A stretch of DNA of 62,783 nucleotides, counting the filler, from Choristocarpus tenellus KU-1152 (Eukaryota > Protista > Phaeophyceae): assembly GCA_964200185.2 (NCBI GenBank). It is 13 parts of 13 records of this genome, joined end to end, with 100 filler letters (N's around TTAATTAATTAA, not from the genome) between each part and the next. Parts side by side here need not be neighbours in the genome. Positions count along the whole stretch, not along the records: positions 1 to 3,464 come from CAXNAD020019856.1; positions 3,565 to 6,268 come from CAXNAD020025482.1; positions 6,369 to 10,843 come from CAXNAD020014387.1; positions 10,944 to 14,415 come from CAXNAD020019806.1; 9 more parts are not named here. One strand, written 5' to 3'. Made by a program: the position numbers and the translations under genes. Position 1 is the stretch's first letter; each line of letters begins with the position of its first letter. Under the pieces are notes generated by a model. It did not search any database. It worked only from the letters and a program-made list of their open reading frames with translations, and was not told where the DNA came from. Shown here piece after piece: positions 1 through 11,430 of this stretch.

Positions 1-1518
1 GTGGAGGGGGTGGCCTAGGGGGACGTGGTAGGACCAGTGGTGGGTGGGAGCAGGGCGAACGTGGTGGTGGAACTCATGCAAAGAAGAGAAAGATGCAGAA
101 GACGCGGTCTGCGAAGAATCAAATACGGAGTCTAACAAGACTGCTCAATAGGCCGGTGAGCGAGGTAGAGCCCCGTCCTAGTGGGGTTGAGGTGTGAGTT
201 CCTTTCTTGAGTAGTCTTTTTTTTGGGGGGGGGAGGAGCTTCGAAACGAATCAACTGCAAAATAACAATGTGGAAATTTCTTATTCGAGTGTGTAATGCC
301 CATTTCAACCGTTGGATCAGGACAAATTGCATACCCACATTTGGAAGACGGTGTGAGGCAAGCAACCCCCTCCAAGGAAGTACATTGCGGCAAACGATTT
401 GGTTTGTGAGCGGTTGAAGCCCTCGCTGACGGTTTGACTCCTTGTCCACACCTTGCCGTTGTTCCTCTCCCTCTGGAGTGCAGGGACTTGACGAGGGCAA
501 GGCGGCGGAACTCCGTCAACAAGTGGGGGATCTGGAGGGACAGATTGCTGAACGTGGGAGGTGTGAAAGGGAGAGGTCCTTGGCGGTGAAGTGTCACAGG
601 TCGAAGTTCTTTGATCGAAGAAAGTCTCTTCGAAAACTGGCTCAACTCCACAAGAAACTTCAGGAGGTATGTTTTCAGTGGTGCAGGAGTAGGAAGGGTG
701 GAGGGGGGAATGAGGCGGTGATGTTCTATTACAGTGGCCTACTTCTGTTGTATTGCATGTATTGCTGTAGGGTTTGTAACTTTGGACACAATTCCTTCCT
801 TTTTAATGAGAAAGGTAATGGTGTGATAACAAGAAAAATTACCGCTCGAGAGACAAGGTAATCACTTCAAGTAGAAGTATTACAACTTTCACATCACCTC
901 TGCGCTCATTCCTGCAAACAACAACACTCGCCCGGTCCCCTTATCTCACTTTTCAAGGCTGTCAAGATATCATGATAGACTATCCCACCGAGGTGTTAGT
1001 CCTGTGCTAGACATCTGCCCTTGTGATATAGCAGCATCTTGATGTCTTGACATGGGCTGATGTGATGCTATTGTCACTATCAGGTTCAGCTTTTCCAAAT
1101 CTGAGCTGTGTTTACTCCTTTAACAGGAAATAGTGTGGTGGGAATGGCAGGAAGTATGTTGACCTACATGGCAAATCTTTGACAAGCTGTAACAGCTAGA
1201 GCTGCAGGCCTTTTGCGCTTCCTTCTACGTTGTACTGGTTTGCTGTAGCTGTCCCTTGCACTGCCAGATAGTATGTACTATCAATGAAACCATGCTCAAA
1301 TACCAATTATCACATTTTACTGCTGTGTGTGGTTTGACCACATCCTAACTTCAAAACTTCAAGGTACAGTACGCCACAATTGTTTCTCCTCCCTTACTTC
1401 AACTGCCAATTTCCCCACCCCCCTGCCGTGGAATTGTGTGGAATAAAAGGATGGACTGGAAGCCTCTGTAAGGTTGGAGTTGGAGAAGAGGCGAGCCTCG
1501 GAGGAATCTGACCTCAAG
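1..1518 (+). CDS. EFG1: rRNA-processing protein Efg1-like, partial; exons <1-155, 484-666, 1450-1518
   Basis: In-phase GT-AG exons give ...SAKNQIRSLTRLLNRP|GLDEGKAAELRQQVGDLEGQIAERGRCERERSLAVKCHRSKFFDRRKSLRKLAQLHKKLQE|DGLEASVRLELEKRRASEESDLK. This matches the Efg1 pattern (K..IR...RLL, KYH.V.FFER.K..R, DL.Y). Start and final exons are not seen. Confidence 0.75.
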
Positions 1519-3464
1519 GTTGGTTTGTGAGGTTTCTTGGAGAGTTGATACGACAACGGGCTTACCGGGAAAGGGTTAACATTTCTTTTTCCGTTGGTAC
1601 ATGATGTTCTCACTCACCTCTTTTTCTTTTTCCTTGTCCTGTTTTTTTTTTAAGTGATGTGGAGACTTGTGGGAGCTTGTGAACTCCTCACAATTTCATG
1701 TGCTACAATCTATTTAACATGTTCCATTGATCAAGAGTTTGCATTGGTTGGGGTTCACCATAGCATTGTTGTTGAAAGGGTGAAGTGCCTTGAGTCGTCC
1801 GTAAGCACAAAGCCATTGGACTATATCAATCATTGAAGATTGGAAGTTTGGCCCCTTCCAATCTTTCCTTAATTGCAAAGAGCAAAACGTTACGATTTGT
1901 CCGTGTGTTGTGTCCATAAGCATGGACCAAACTATTTGTGAAAAGGGTTGACATTGTGTGATGTAGTCTGACTGTGATAAACCGCCTTTTCCACACATCT
2001 TGTCTGTTGAATTGCACTTCTTCTCTATGGTCCAAAAATCACTGTGTATCTACCTACCACGCACAAAAGATGAAAAGATTAAAAAGATTACCTGCTTCTT
2101 GTGTGCCTTATCGGAGTGAGGGAGGTAGAAGGCCATTAATTTCCTTTCAGTTACATATTTCAGCACCTTGACGGCTCATAAGATACTAAATGTGCCCATG
2201 GAGCCAGACACAAAAGCATATTTGGTGCATTCACAATCCACCTAAAGTCAGACTCTACCCTCCACCTCATAGCTTTTGATTTCTCTACACATTATTTCCA
2301 TACCTTCCGTAGATTCTTGATACTTGGTCGTTTTCTAGGCTTGGAAATTGTAGTGTTAAATTGCAACTTACTGAAACCAAAGCTAAGAGTGGTAGTTGTT
2401 TTTTTTTTAATCTGCAGTATGCCTACCTGCAGCGCTACATCTTACCTCCGATTACTGTTACTGTTGCTGTTACTGTTACTGTTACGGATTCCTATACTTG
2501 CATGTAGTGCACTGAAGTCACTCAGATGGTTCGCCTAGAGCAGGAGCCTTTCATGTCGTAACCCCCATCCACTTTATGTATTTACTCAAGACTCGGTATC
2601 GTCATGAGCCTTGAGAGCCCATTGGTTAAATTTCACTCACTGCTGAACGATCAAACTTTGTGACAAAGGCCATGGATGTAGACCGTTGTGCAAGCTGATA
2701 AGACACCAAAAGTGTGTGCCTTGACTGAGGCAACTGAGTCACTTCAGTGCGTTACGAATAATGCCAGATAGTAGAGACCAGTTGTTGATTGATAGTTTGA
2801 ATGGAGGTAAGCCGCGAGGCCTTATGATGATCTTTATGACTTGAGTTTATGCTAGGATTAGATACCATGTATAAATGATAATTTATACTAGAATATTGAA
2901 CTGTTTTCTCCTCCCCTTCTCTCGCACGAGACATATTTGACAAAATCCTTCCCCTTCATCAACACTAGCCCGCTCTAGTTCAATATGCAAACAGAGAACA
3001 TGCACCAAATGCAGGAACAAAGTACGCTCTGGTATGCATTATACTTCAGTTTTATGTGATACTGCAATGGGCAGGCCAATGGCTCTAAGGCCTACTTTGA
3101 GCCAATCTATTTCTCAAAATTTGATGCTTAAGTTTACTTACTATACTGGCATTGCGCTGTCGTTGCTTTCGGGAAGCTGAGTAATTCCAATCTCCTGCCG
3201 ACCAATGACAGTGAACTAGACCACAAGAGTTTTTATAGCAGGTCACCTGAGGCAGATGCTTGGAGCTCTACTTAGTAGTAGCGTGACAGTAGAATTTGAG
3301 TGTACATGCCATCCGTGTCATATCATATAATTCCACTGCAAGTAGAGCTCTGCATGCTCATCCACCATGTCCATGTCTCTCTTCCACCTCCCCTTGCCTC
3401 AGACTGACACATGCCAGACAAAATATCACTCCTACCTTTCTGTCCTTCATTGACACCCCCTTCC

Positions 3465-3564
3465 NNNNNNNNNNNNNNNNNNNNNNNNNNNNNNNNNNNN
3501 NNNNNNNNTTAATTAATTAANNNNNNNNNNNNNNNNNNNNNNNNNNNNNNNNNNNNNNNNNNNN
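3465..3564. other. Artificial contig-joining linker N44-TTAATTAATTAA-N44 (stops in all six frames); first of 12
   Basis: The same 100-nt linker occurs at 3465, 6269, 10844, 14416, 17554, 24810, 36240, 40039, 46705, 51865, 55643 and 58794. Separate 10-N gaps occur at 25829, 31361, 32599, 40722 and 57089. Confidence 0.97.
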
Positions 3565-6147
3565 CCATCACGGACGTCGCCTTCAAGACTGGAGGCATGC
3601 CACATGAATACCTCGGAGGAGAGACGCCATGCGAGCGTCTAACAGGAAAATATTTCAATTATGAGAGACTTCGGTCCTGGGGGAGCGAGTGCTATGTTCG
3701 TCAGGACAAGCAGCAGAGATGGGCCAGCGCAAAGTTCCACCCATACGCCAAGAGAGGTAAAATAATGGATCGCACATCATTATACATAGTGAATCTGCTC
3801 AGATCAAGCACAGATGATGCATATTGTTTGATCTGAGCAGATTCACTATGTTCTCTCCCAGTTCTTCTGTATCTTCAGAGTGTAAACCCCTGTAGTGGAC
3901 CCTGGGTTGTTCAGCTATCCTAGCTGACCTCCGTTGTCCACTAGGTGAACTAAGGGGAATCAGATCGACTGTAATATCGGAATCCCGATCAGAGTCGTCT
4001 TCACTCTCAGAATCATCCGTCAAAGTCATGGTCTCTCTCTCCCCCACGAAGTCCATGATGTGTTTGTATGGCTCGAACGTCACGTGGGCTGAGGTTACCA
4101 ACTTGGCCTCTTGAGGAAGCCAGATGTGCCAACATAATGATGCATATTGTTTGATGGGCATGGCAGGTAACATATCAATAGGCCACCAGGAGCCATCAAC
4201 CATGGCAGAATCCCTCGCAGGGCCTGATGCAGAACAGTGGAAGAAGGCAATGGAACAAGAAGTGGAGGGCCAACTAACCAAAGGAACCTTTCGTGAGGGA
4301 AAGAGTCTGCCACCAGGGAGGAGACCCGTCAAAACCAGATTTATATTCAAAATATAAAGGACTGCACATGGAGACATCGAAAGATACAAGGCCAGGCTGG
4401 TGGCACGGGGTTTTTCCCAACAAGAAGGGGTGGACTACTTCAGCACGTTAGTCCAGTGGTGGGATTTGACGTGATTCGAGCAGTCCTGGCTACAGCAGCT
4501 AACAGAAACTGGATCATCAACTCCCTACACTTCACTCAAGCCTACCTGAACGCACCACTTCATGAAGATGTATGGCTACAACTGCCCAATGGATCCATCA
4601 TAAAAGCTGCCAGGGCCATTTATGGCCTTAAGCAATCTGCAATGGAGTGGTACAAGGAACTAAAGGGAACAATTTTAGCTGAGGGGTGGAGTTTTAGCGA
4701 CTTTGATGACTGCTTGTATGTCAAAAGGAGTGAAGATGGAATTGTTGCCGTTCTTTTTCACTTTGTGGATGACATCACATTGACTGGAAACTACCACGAA
4801 GAAATAACAAGGATGAAGAACAATCTGCTTACCAAATACGAAGGACGGGACCTCGGGACCCAGACAAGTTAGTTGGGGTGGCAATCACCAGGGATGAGGC
4901 TGGCATCACACTAGACCAGCATTTCTATGCAGAGAGCATTGTTCGAGAAGGAATGGGATCTGCAGAAGTACGGAATACCTCTTCACCTCTAAACCCAGGA
5001 ATGGATCTGACAGCAAGAAGAACTGACGAGAAGGAGCTGGACCAGAGGCACAAACCCTACCGCACCATCCTGGGGAAACTTATGTTCCTAGCTGGGATGA
5101 CACGACCAGACATATCCAACAGTGTGCGGGAACTGGGAAGATATGCAGCATCTCCATGTGATCGACACTGGAAAGGGCTGCAACATGTTCTGCGATACCT
5201 ATCGGGCACCACGAAAGTAGGGATACACTATCCTGCTGGTGGTGAAATAGGCAATGGGGGCCTGGTCGGGTATGGAGACTCAGACTGGGGCAATGATACT
5301 GCATCAAGGCGGAGCGTGACCGGGTATCTAATACTCATGAATGGAGTACCAATTGCAGGGAAATCCAAGATGCAGGGAGCAGTAACCACATCTTCATCAG
5401 AGGCGGAATGGACAGCGATGGTGCATGGAATGAGGTATACAATATTTCTCAGAGGCATTCTGGGGGAGCTGGGCATACTCAAAGGGGTCAAGGTTTGGTA
5501 TGGAGACAATCGAGGAGCGATACAAGCAGCGATAACCGAAGGTTTCAATGGACGGACAAGACATGTCGACATCAAGCTGAAATGCACCAGGGAGCATGTC
5601 AGCAAAGGACTTTTTACAGTCAAATATATTCCCACGGCACTCTAACTTGCAGATATATTGACCAAAAGATTACGCAAGAAGCAGGTAGAAGACTTTGTAG
5701 ACACTGTGTTGATTAGATTAATGTCGTGTATTAAAATTGAAGTAATCTGCATTCTTTTATTGCGTTGACAAGATAAATGTGATGTGTGTGAGAATTGAAC
5801 CAATCTGACGTCTTTTACTTCCATTTTCATGGGCAAGTGTGCAAAATGGGGAGTATGCAGAATAAGATGTTTTAGGTTTGAGAGTTCCAGCAACTCTTTC
5901 ATTGCCTGTACTCTCATAGGGGAGTGTGCAAAGTAGGACAATAGTGAGGTGTACCTTATTTTGTGTATGAGAGATGTAACTAATGAGATAGTACATCTGG
6001 ATTATGAATGGGAATATGTATGGGTTTTTATTCTGCATTCAACTACTTTGACATAACCATGGACTTATGTATGTGAAGCACAAATAAATAATAAACAAGC
6101 AATGAGAAGACAACACACACAAAGGTCACTCTTCTAAATTTCAACCA
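3565..6147 (+). mobile_element. Degenerate Ty1/copia LTR retrotransposon (integrase C-terminus, RT, RNase H, probable PPT and 3' LTR)
   Basis: Integrase tail TPCERLTG..LRSWGSECY. RT motifs WKKAMEQE, YKARLVARGFSQQEG, AYLNAPL, IYGLKQSAMEWY, FVDD. RNase H motifs GYGDSDWG, RSVTGY, SSSEAEW, RTRHVDIK, LADILTK. Frameshifts near 4450 and 4860, premature TAA at 5643. Purine tract AGGGGAG at 5918-5924 is followed by TG; the LTR end near 6147 is tentative. Confidence 0.93.
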
Positions 6148-8284
6148 TCCATTCTTTTTTACGTTCAGCAAAGGGGGTCGTGTGAGGCTTCACACTCTCT
6201 TATCTTCACTACTGAGAAATAGCATTACCTCCCAAGGTAATTTGCACAGATCTCCATGGACTCCTCGTNNNNNNNNNNNNNNNNNNNNNNNNNNNNNNNN
6301 NNNNNNNNNNNNTTAATTAATTAANNNNNNNNNNNNNNNNNNNNNNNNNNNNNNNNNNNNNNNNNNNNGGGGGGGGCTGTCCGTGCTGTCATAAGTAGTG
6401 TTGCACATCGTGGAAATTATTTATTACTGTTGTTACGGTTCAGGTCGAAATAATCCACAAGAACAATCGAGAGGGAACTCGATTGAATCAAACAATGCCT
6501 GTCGTGCGTTGGTCGAAGGCGTTTAAAGCACCGAGCAATCGCACCACAATGTAGTTAAAAGGAGCCAATCGTCCCCACAAGCGCTCATTGACAACGTTTG
6601 ATTGGTGTAAGTAACAACATCGACCGATTCCCAGAACAGAGCCAATCCTACATACATGGATTGGAATGCACAGCGTTATGTATGCCCTCGAGCTTTGGAG
6701 TGCCGAATTTTTGTAGCCACAGGTTGCTACAGAGCAAACCAGAGGTGCCGTGCAGAGCGAAAGGTTTGGGCATCTTTTTGTCAACATTGAATTTTTCAAG
6801 AGAGAGAGAGAGAGAGAGATTGAAAGAACATGGCTCGTTTGATGACTTTGTTTTGTCTTTCCGAAATGGTCTAAGATTTGAGGTTGACGATCAAGTTTCC
6901 CAACCAGAGCCTGGCAAAATGCCTCCTGATGACCTCAATAGTGACAGGATTGTGGCATTTTTCTCTTCCAGTATTGATTGCATAATTATGGTACTGTTTT
7001 CAAAGGAAATTTCATCTTGACGAACTCAATCAGAATCTCGACTCTTTTTTTTTTTCTTTGGAGTACAGTTGGTGGCCCCTTTTGAGGCAAAATGTATACC
7101 AACCCTGAAATGGGTTCCTTGCTGGCAAAAGTTCCATGTTAAGGGGAGTTTTGGTACTTGAGGTCTGACACGCCTTCAAGCGGACAGTTTCAAAAGTGGC
7201 CTGTAACGGCTCAGAAAAAAAAGCTCGCATTTAGAAAGCCATCATGGTCCAAATGTTTATGGTTGTATTGTTCACTGAGGTGTGTTCTAGTGACCCTGCA
7301 ATGTTAGTTGTATAGAGGAGACATAACGAGACATAACCACATATTTCAACTCCCATCAGTGAAAGAACTGTCTGAGAACTGTCCGAGAACTGTCTGCTTT
7401 GAAGCGTTCAAGAACTCCATTGTTGCCTTGTCCAGCAATATGCTGGTCGGTGACAAGCCTATTTCTAGCTGGAGGAGAAGAAGCCATTGACACAACGGCA
7501 GACTTGTCATCACTGCTGCCCCTTGTTACTATTTTTCTGATCAGACATATTCTCATCAGGAGTGTGACCATCCAAATCCACAGTGCTGTTAGAACATTAG
7601 TAAACCCCTGAGAAACCCGGAAAAGCAGTGAGTGAGCTGACTACTGGTTCACTTAGGATTAGGTTCTAACAACTTTCTCGGAGGTAGTGTCCGCACTTAG
7701 ATTTATGCCCTTTGAAGTATGGTGATCTGGGCATGATGATAGGAACGAGACAGTTACATCTCGCTGTGAATATCATGTCCAGAGTATGTACAAGTGGGGC
7801 TGTAACCACTGTTGATAACCCTGTCTCTCCACTTTGAGATATATCTGTCCAATATGTGACCCAAATCGCCCCTTATGGCACGAAATTGGAAATAGTCTTG
7901 CGTCAAGCCAAGAATGGATTACCTCAATTGGGGTCGCCTCAAAAGGGGCAACCAACTGCGTTTGTTGACCAGTATTTAAAAAGATAAAAACAACGGCCTC
8001 TAAGTTAGGCCATGTTAAGTCCCTTTTTTTTCAGGGGTCCGTCACCTTTTCCGGTTGAGTTGCAGCTTTCCGAGGATACATCAGTGCATGTGTGTAACAT
8101 CACCAACCTTTAGCTATACATAGTGGATTTTGTGGAATTTCCAACCGAAAATCGAGGTTGGTGCTACGCATGGGTTGATAGTGACGTGATGACAATGGGT
8201 TCAACTTCCGAATTGCGTATGGCATTCACGAAGTGGTTTGAACTGTGCATGAAATCTGGATGATGATGACTCGTGCACGGACAG

Positions 8285-8839
8285 GTACTGGGGCAGCTCT
8301 TGCTCCACTTCCTGCAGCTCTTTGGGGAGGACTTTGCCGCTGGAGAGGAGGGCTTTAGTGTCAGAGGGGGGGGATTCCGCTTTGAGTGCCACGGGAACCC
8401 ACCCCATCCACACGCTGCTGATCCTGTTGTGATTGAGGTGACTGATGATGACCAAGCTTCCGTTGGCGAACTAACAAGCACGAGACTGATTTCTTATTCC
8501 AGTCAGGGAGGGAGAGTGTGAATTTCCATTCAAGTAGGCGTAGCTATACTCTCAGGGCCATGCAGTTGATTGTGCGAACATGTGTACATCAGCATATAAT
8601 GGAAGGTATTCTTGGTAGTGCACTCCCCTCCCCTTTCCTGGCCGTTTTATGTGTTTTATTTGAACATACTCTACCTCCTTCGTGTTCTGGCTGTTGCTGT
8701 GCCTGTGCAGGACCCTCTGAATTGCATCAACAATGTTGGCCGCAGCTCGTTCTGCATTGCACAGGTGCAGCGTGTCTTTTTTGAAGCCCTCACGACTCTT
8801 AAGGCCACCATGGTACGGGTGAATCAGGATGGAAAAGAG
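8285..8839 (+). CDS. Non-canonical poly(A) polymerase (TRF4/PAPD5-like), PAP-associated domain; internal exons 8285-8437 and 8711-8839
   Basis: Spliced product is VLGQLLLHFLQLFGEDF...GFSVRGGG...PVVIE|DPLNCINNVGRSSFCIAQVQRVF, with canonical cag|...|gt boundaries in phase 0. Confidence 0.8.
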
Positions 8840-11430
8840 GTGTGTTCGTCGAAGAAGTAAGCCATGGATTCTCCAGGACCAAGTGTATGTATAGCGATTT
8901 GTTTGTTTTTTTTGCTGTGGATGAGAGAGAGAGAGAGTGAGGTTCATCAACGAGGTGGGGGCTATCTCCAGCAATCACTAAGTACCGCCCGAAAATTACA
9001 AAACCAAAACGGCAATTGGTGAAGAAACGTTCCTGTTACGTCTTCTTGACTCAAATGAACCTGCAGAACGTTCCTGTATATTTTGTGAACTACTTTGAAT
9101 TACTTACGTACAACCTGTGCTGTTTAGATAGGAGTCCTTTCAAGCTGACTATTTGCCTTAATCTAAGATGTTCATTATGTGAGATCGCCCTTCTTACATA
9201 CATACATACATTCGTATTTGCAGCGTTTGGGTTTTGCTCTTAAATACGCATAATTTGTGTCCATATGCGCGAGGAGCAGGCGTTTTCCACATGCACATTA
9301 TCAACACACACACACACGTCTTGAATAGACTGGAAAAGAACGTAAAATCTGAGGGGGGATTCTGTGCCTTGGGAGGCATTTAAACATATGGTACATCAAA
9401 AATTGTCTTCAAATCGAATTCCCAAGTGTAATTTTCAGTTGGTTATTTCTTGTGGATGTATGTGTGCTCTGGTCAGGGATTCCCGTGGCACTCAGTCAAT
9501 CCACAATGATGATAGGGTGGATGGAAGGATGTAGTTGAGTTGAAATATATATTTCCGTTATTTGCTATCACGGAGTAGTGTTTCGGGTCAGTGACTGCAA
9601 CGGAATTCAGCCTTTGTTATTCTTCCACTTTAAAGTATGGAAATGTTTTTTGATCTTTTTTTTCTGGGTTTGATTGGGTGCTGGTAACCACACAGGGCGA
9701 TTCACTGAAGATGATGAAAGGGGAGTTTATTCAATGTAGAGATCAGTGGGGTTGAAGGTGTTATGGCAGGGGTCAGTGTGGTGTCTGTTTCGCACTGGAC
9801 ATGTGTCCTACGAATAGAGGGAAGTGTCTTGTTTTACAATACCTGGTCTCAAGTACAACTCAGAGGCAATGTTCTGTGTGGACTTTGTACCATATTGGAT
9901 TGTGTCCTCACGTTTAGGTTAGTGACACCTCGTGATTTGCAGGTACAGTAGTGTCAAGTGGCGAAGGTTGGATTGAAGAAACTGTGTAGCAGATGTGTAA
10001 GAATGACAATATTTCAAGTGATCAGGATTCCAAGGAGAGTTCCAGAGTAAGTTTTATTGTTGCCATGTTTTGAGACATTGTTTGATCTCCATAGGAAATA
10101 TTGATGAACAGGCGTTCTTCTTGGAAAGGGCCACGCATGATTGTATTATATTGTGAAGTGTGGAAACAATTGAGGAAAGGCTCCGCCGCCCTCCTATGCA
10201 GGACAAGGCATTTGTTAAGTTTTGCGCTTGGTTACCTAAAGATGCGAGCATTTCAGGCCAATTGCGTGTTTGATAGTATAACAAAAGAGGTACTTGTGGA
10301 GCTAATGCACTTACTAAAATCGTGTGAAGTTTAGATTTTAGGTGTGTGTGCAAGGACTGAAAGTATCCGCTGGGACATGTTGTGGAAATGAGTTTTGATT
10401 TGTGGATATGATTTCATTGGCTCAAGCCAACAGAGTGTATGTTGTTGGGGTTAGGATTTGACACTTCTTGTACTGAAGGTTTTGGGGTACTTCAAACTTT
10501 GTGAGGAGTATTATTAATCCGCTGTTGTGAGGACCGAATAGATTGTGGAGGGTCCTTCTTGTAATGTCCTGATGCCTATCTTGTCAGGACCAATTATAGA
10601 TACGGTGCAGAATGGCAGCAGTGTTTTGCAAACTGGGAGTGCGGACCGAGGCTTAGTATTCTCATTTAGGAATGGAAACGATCTGGCATTAGGTTCTACT
10701 CTGGAATAGGTAACGATGTAATAACTGTCGAACAGTTGTTACAGGCAAGAGCCTCAGTGTTACTCAAATCAACACAGCTGTTGGATGTTACTGTTATATT
10801 GCTCAGGGAGGGGGGGTTGGGAACAACATGGGGGGTAGACAAGNNNNNNNNNNNNNNNNNNNNNNNNNNNNNNNNNNNNNNNNNNNNTTAATTAATTAAN
10901 NNNNNNNNNNNNNNNNNNNNNNNNNNNNNNNNNNNNNNNNNNNCCACTCCACCCTGTCTGTCCGATACGCCGATCGGCACTTATCTATTTTCTCGTGTAA
11001 GTTGTTGGACTTGTAATATATCGCAAGATAATAACAGGGAGGGGAAGAATAAGGCCACAACAGCCCAGGGCTAAAATATAGTAAATTTTTTTTTAATCTT
11101 GCATCACATAACATAAAGAAAGCATGAAGTTTTTAATTCTGCTGCTCATAATTGTACCCCACCTCCCCCTGCCACCGCAAGAAGTTTTGCACGTCACCCG
11201 AAGCAATAATGGGCTTAGACTCTCATAAATATGTTACCTGGAATTCAAGAGACACACAAACAACCTGCTTGAACTAAGTACTGGACGAACGAAACATCAT
11301 CAATAAAAAACACTCCCGTATCCTCTGTTCGCCGTTGGTCAATCATTAGTTTGCCTTGAAGTGCGCCCACACGCCTCTCACCCCCCCCCCTCCCTCCTAC
11401 CCGCCCGCCATCCCGATTATCTTCTTACAA

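Noticed and set aside
6840-10740. Decayed coding-like stretches around the PAP exons (6840-8000, 9400-10740)
   Set aside because: Probably old retroelement debris in introns, but no diagnostic motif could be read, so they were not annotated.
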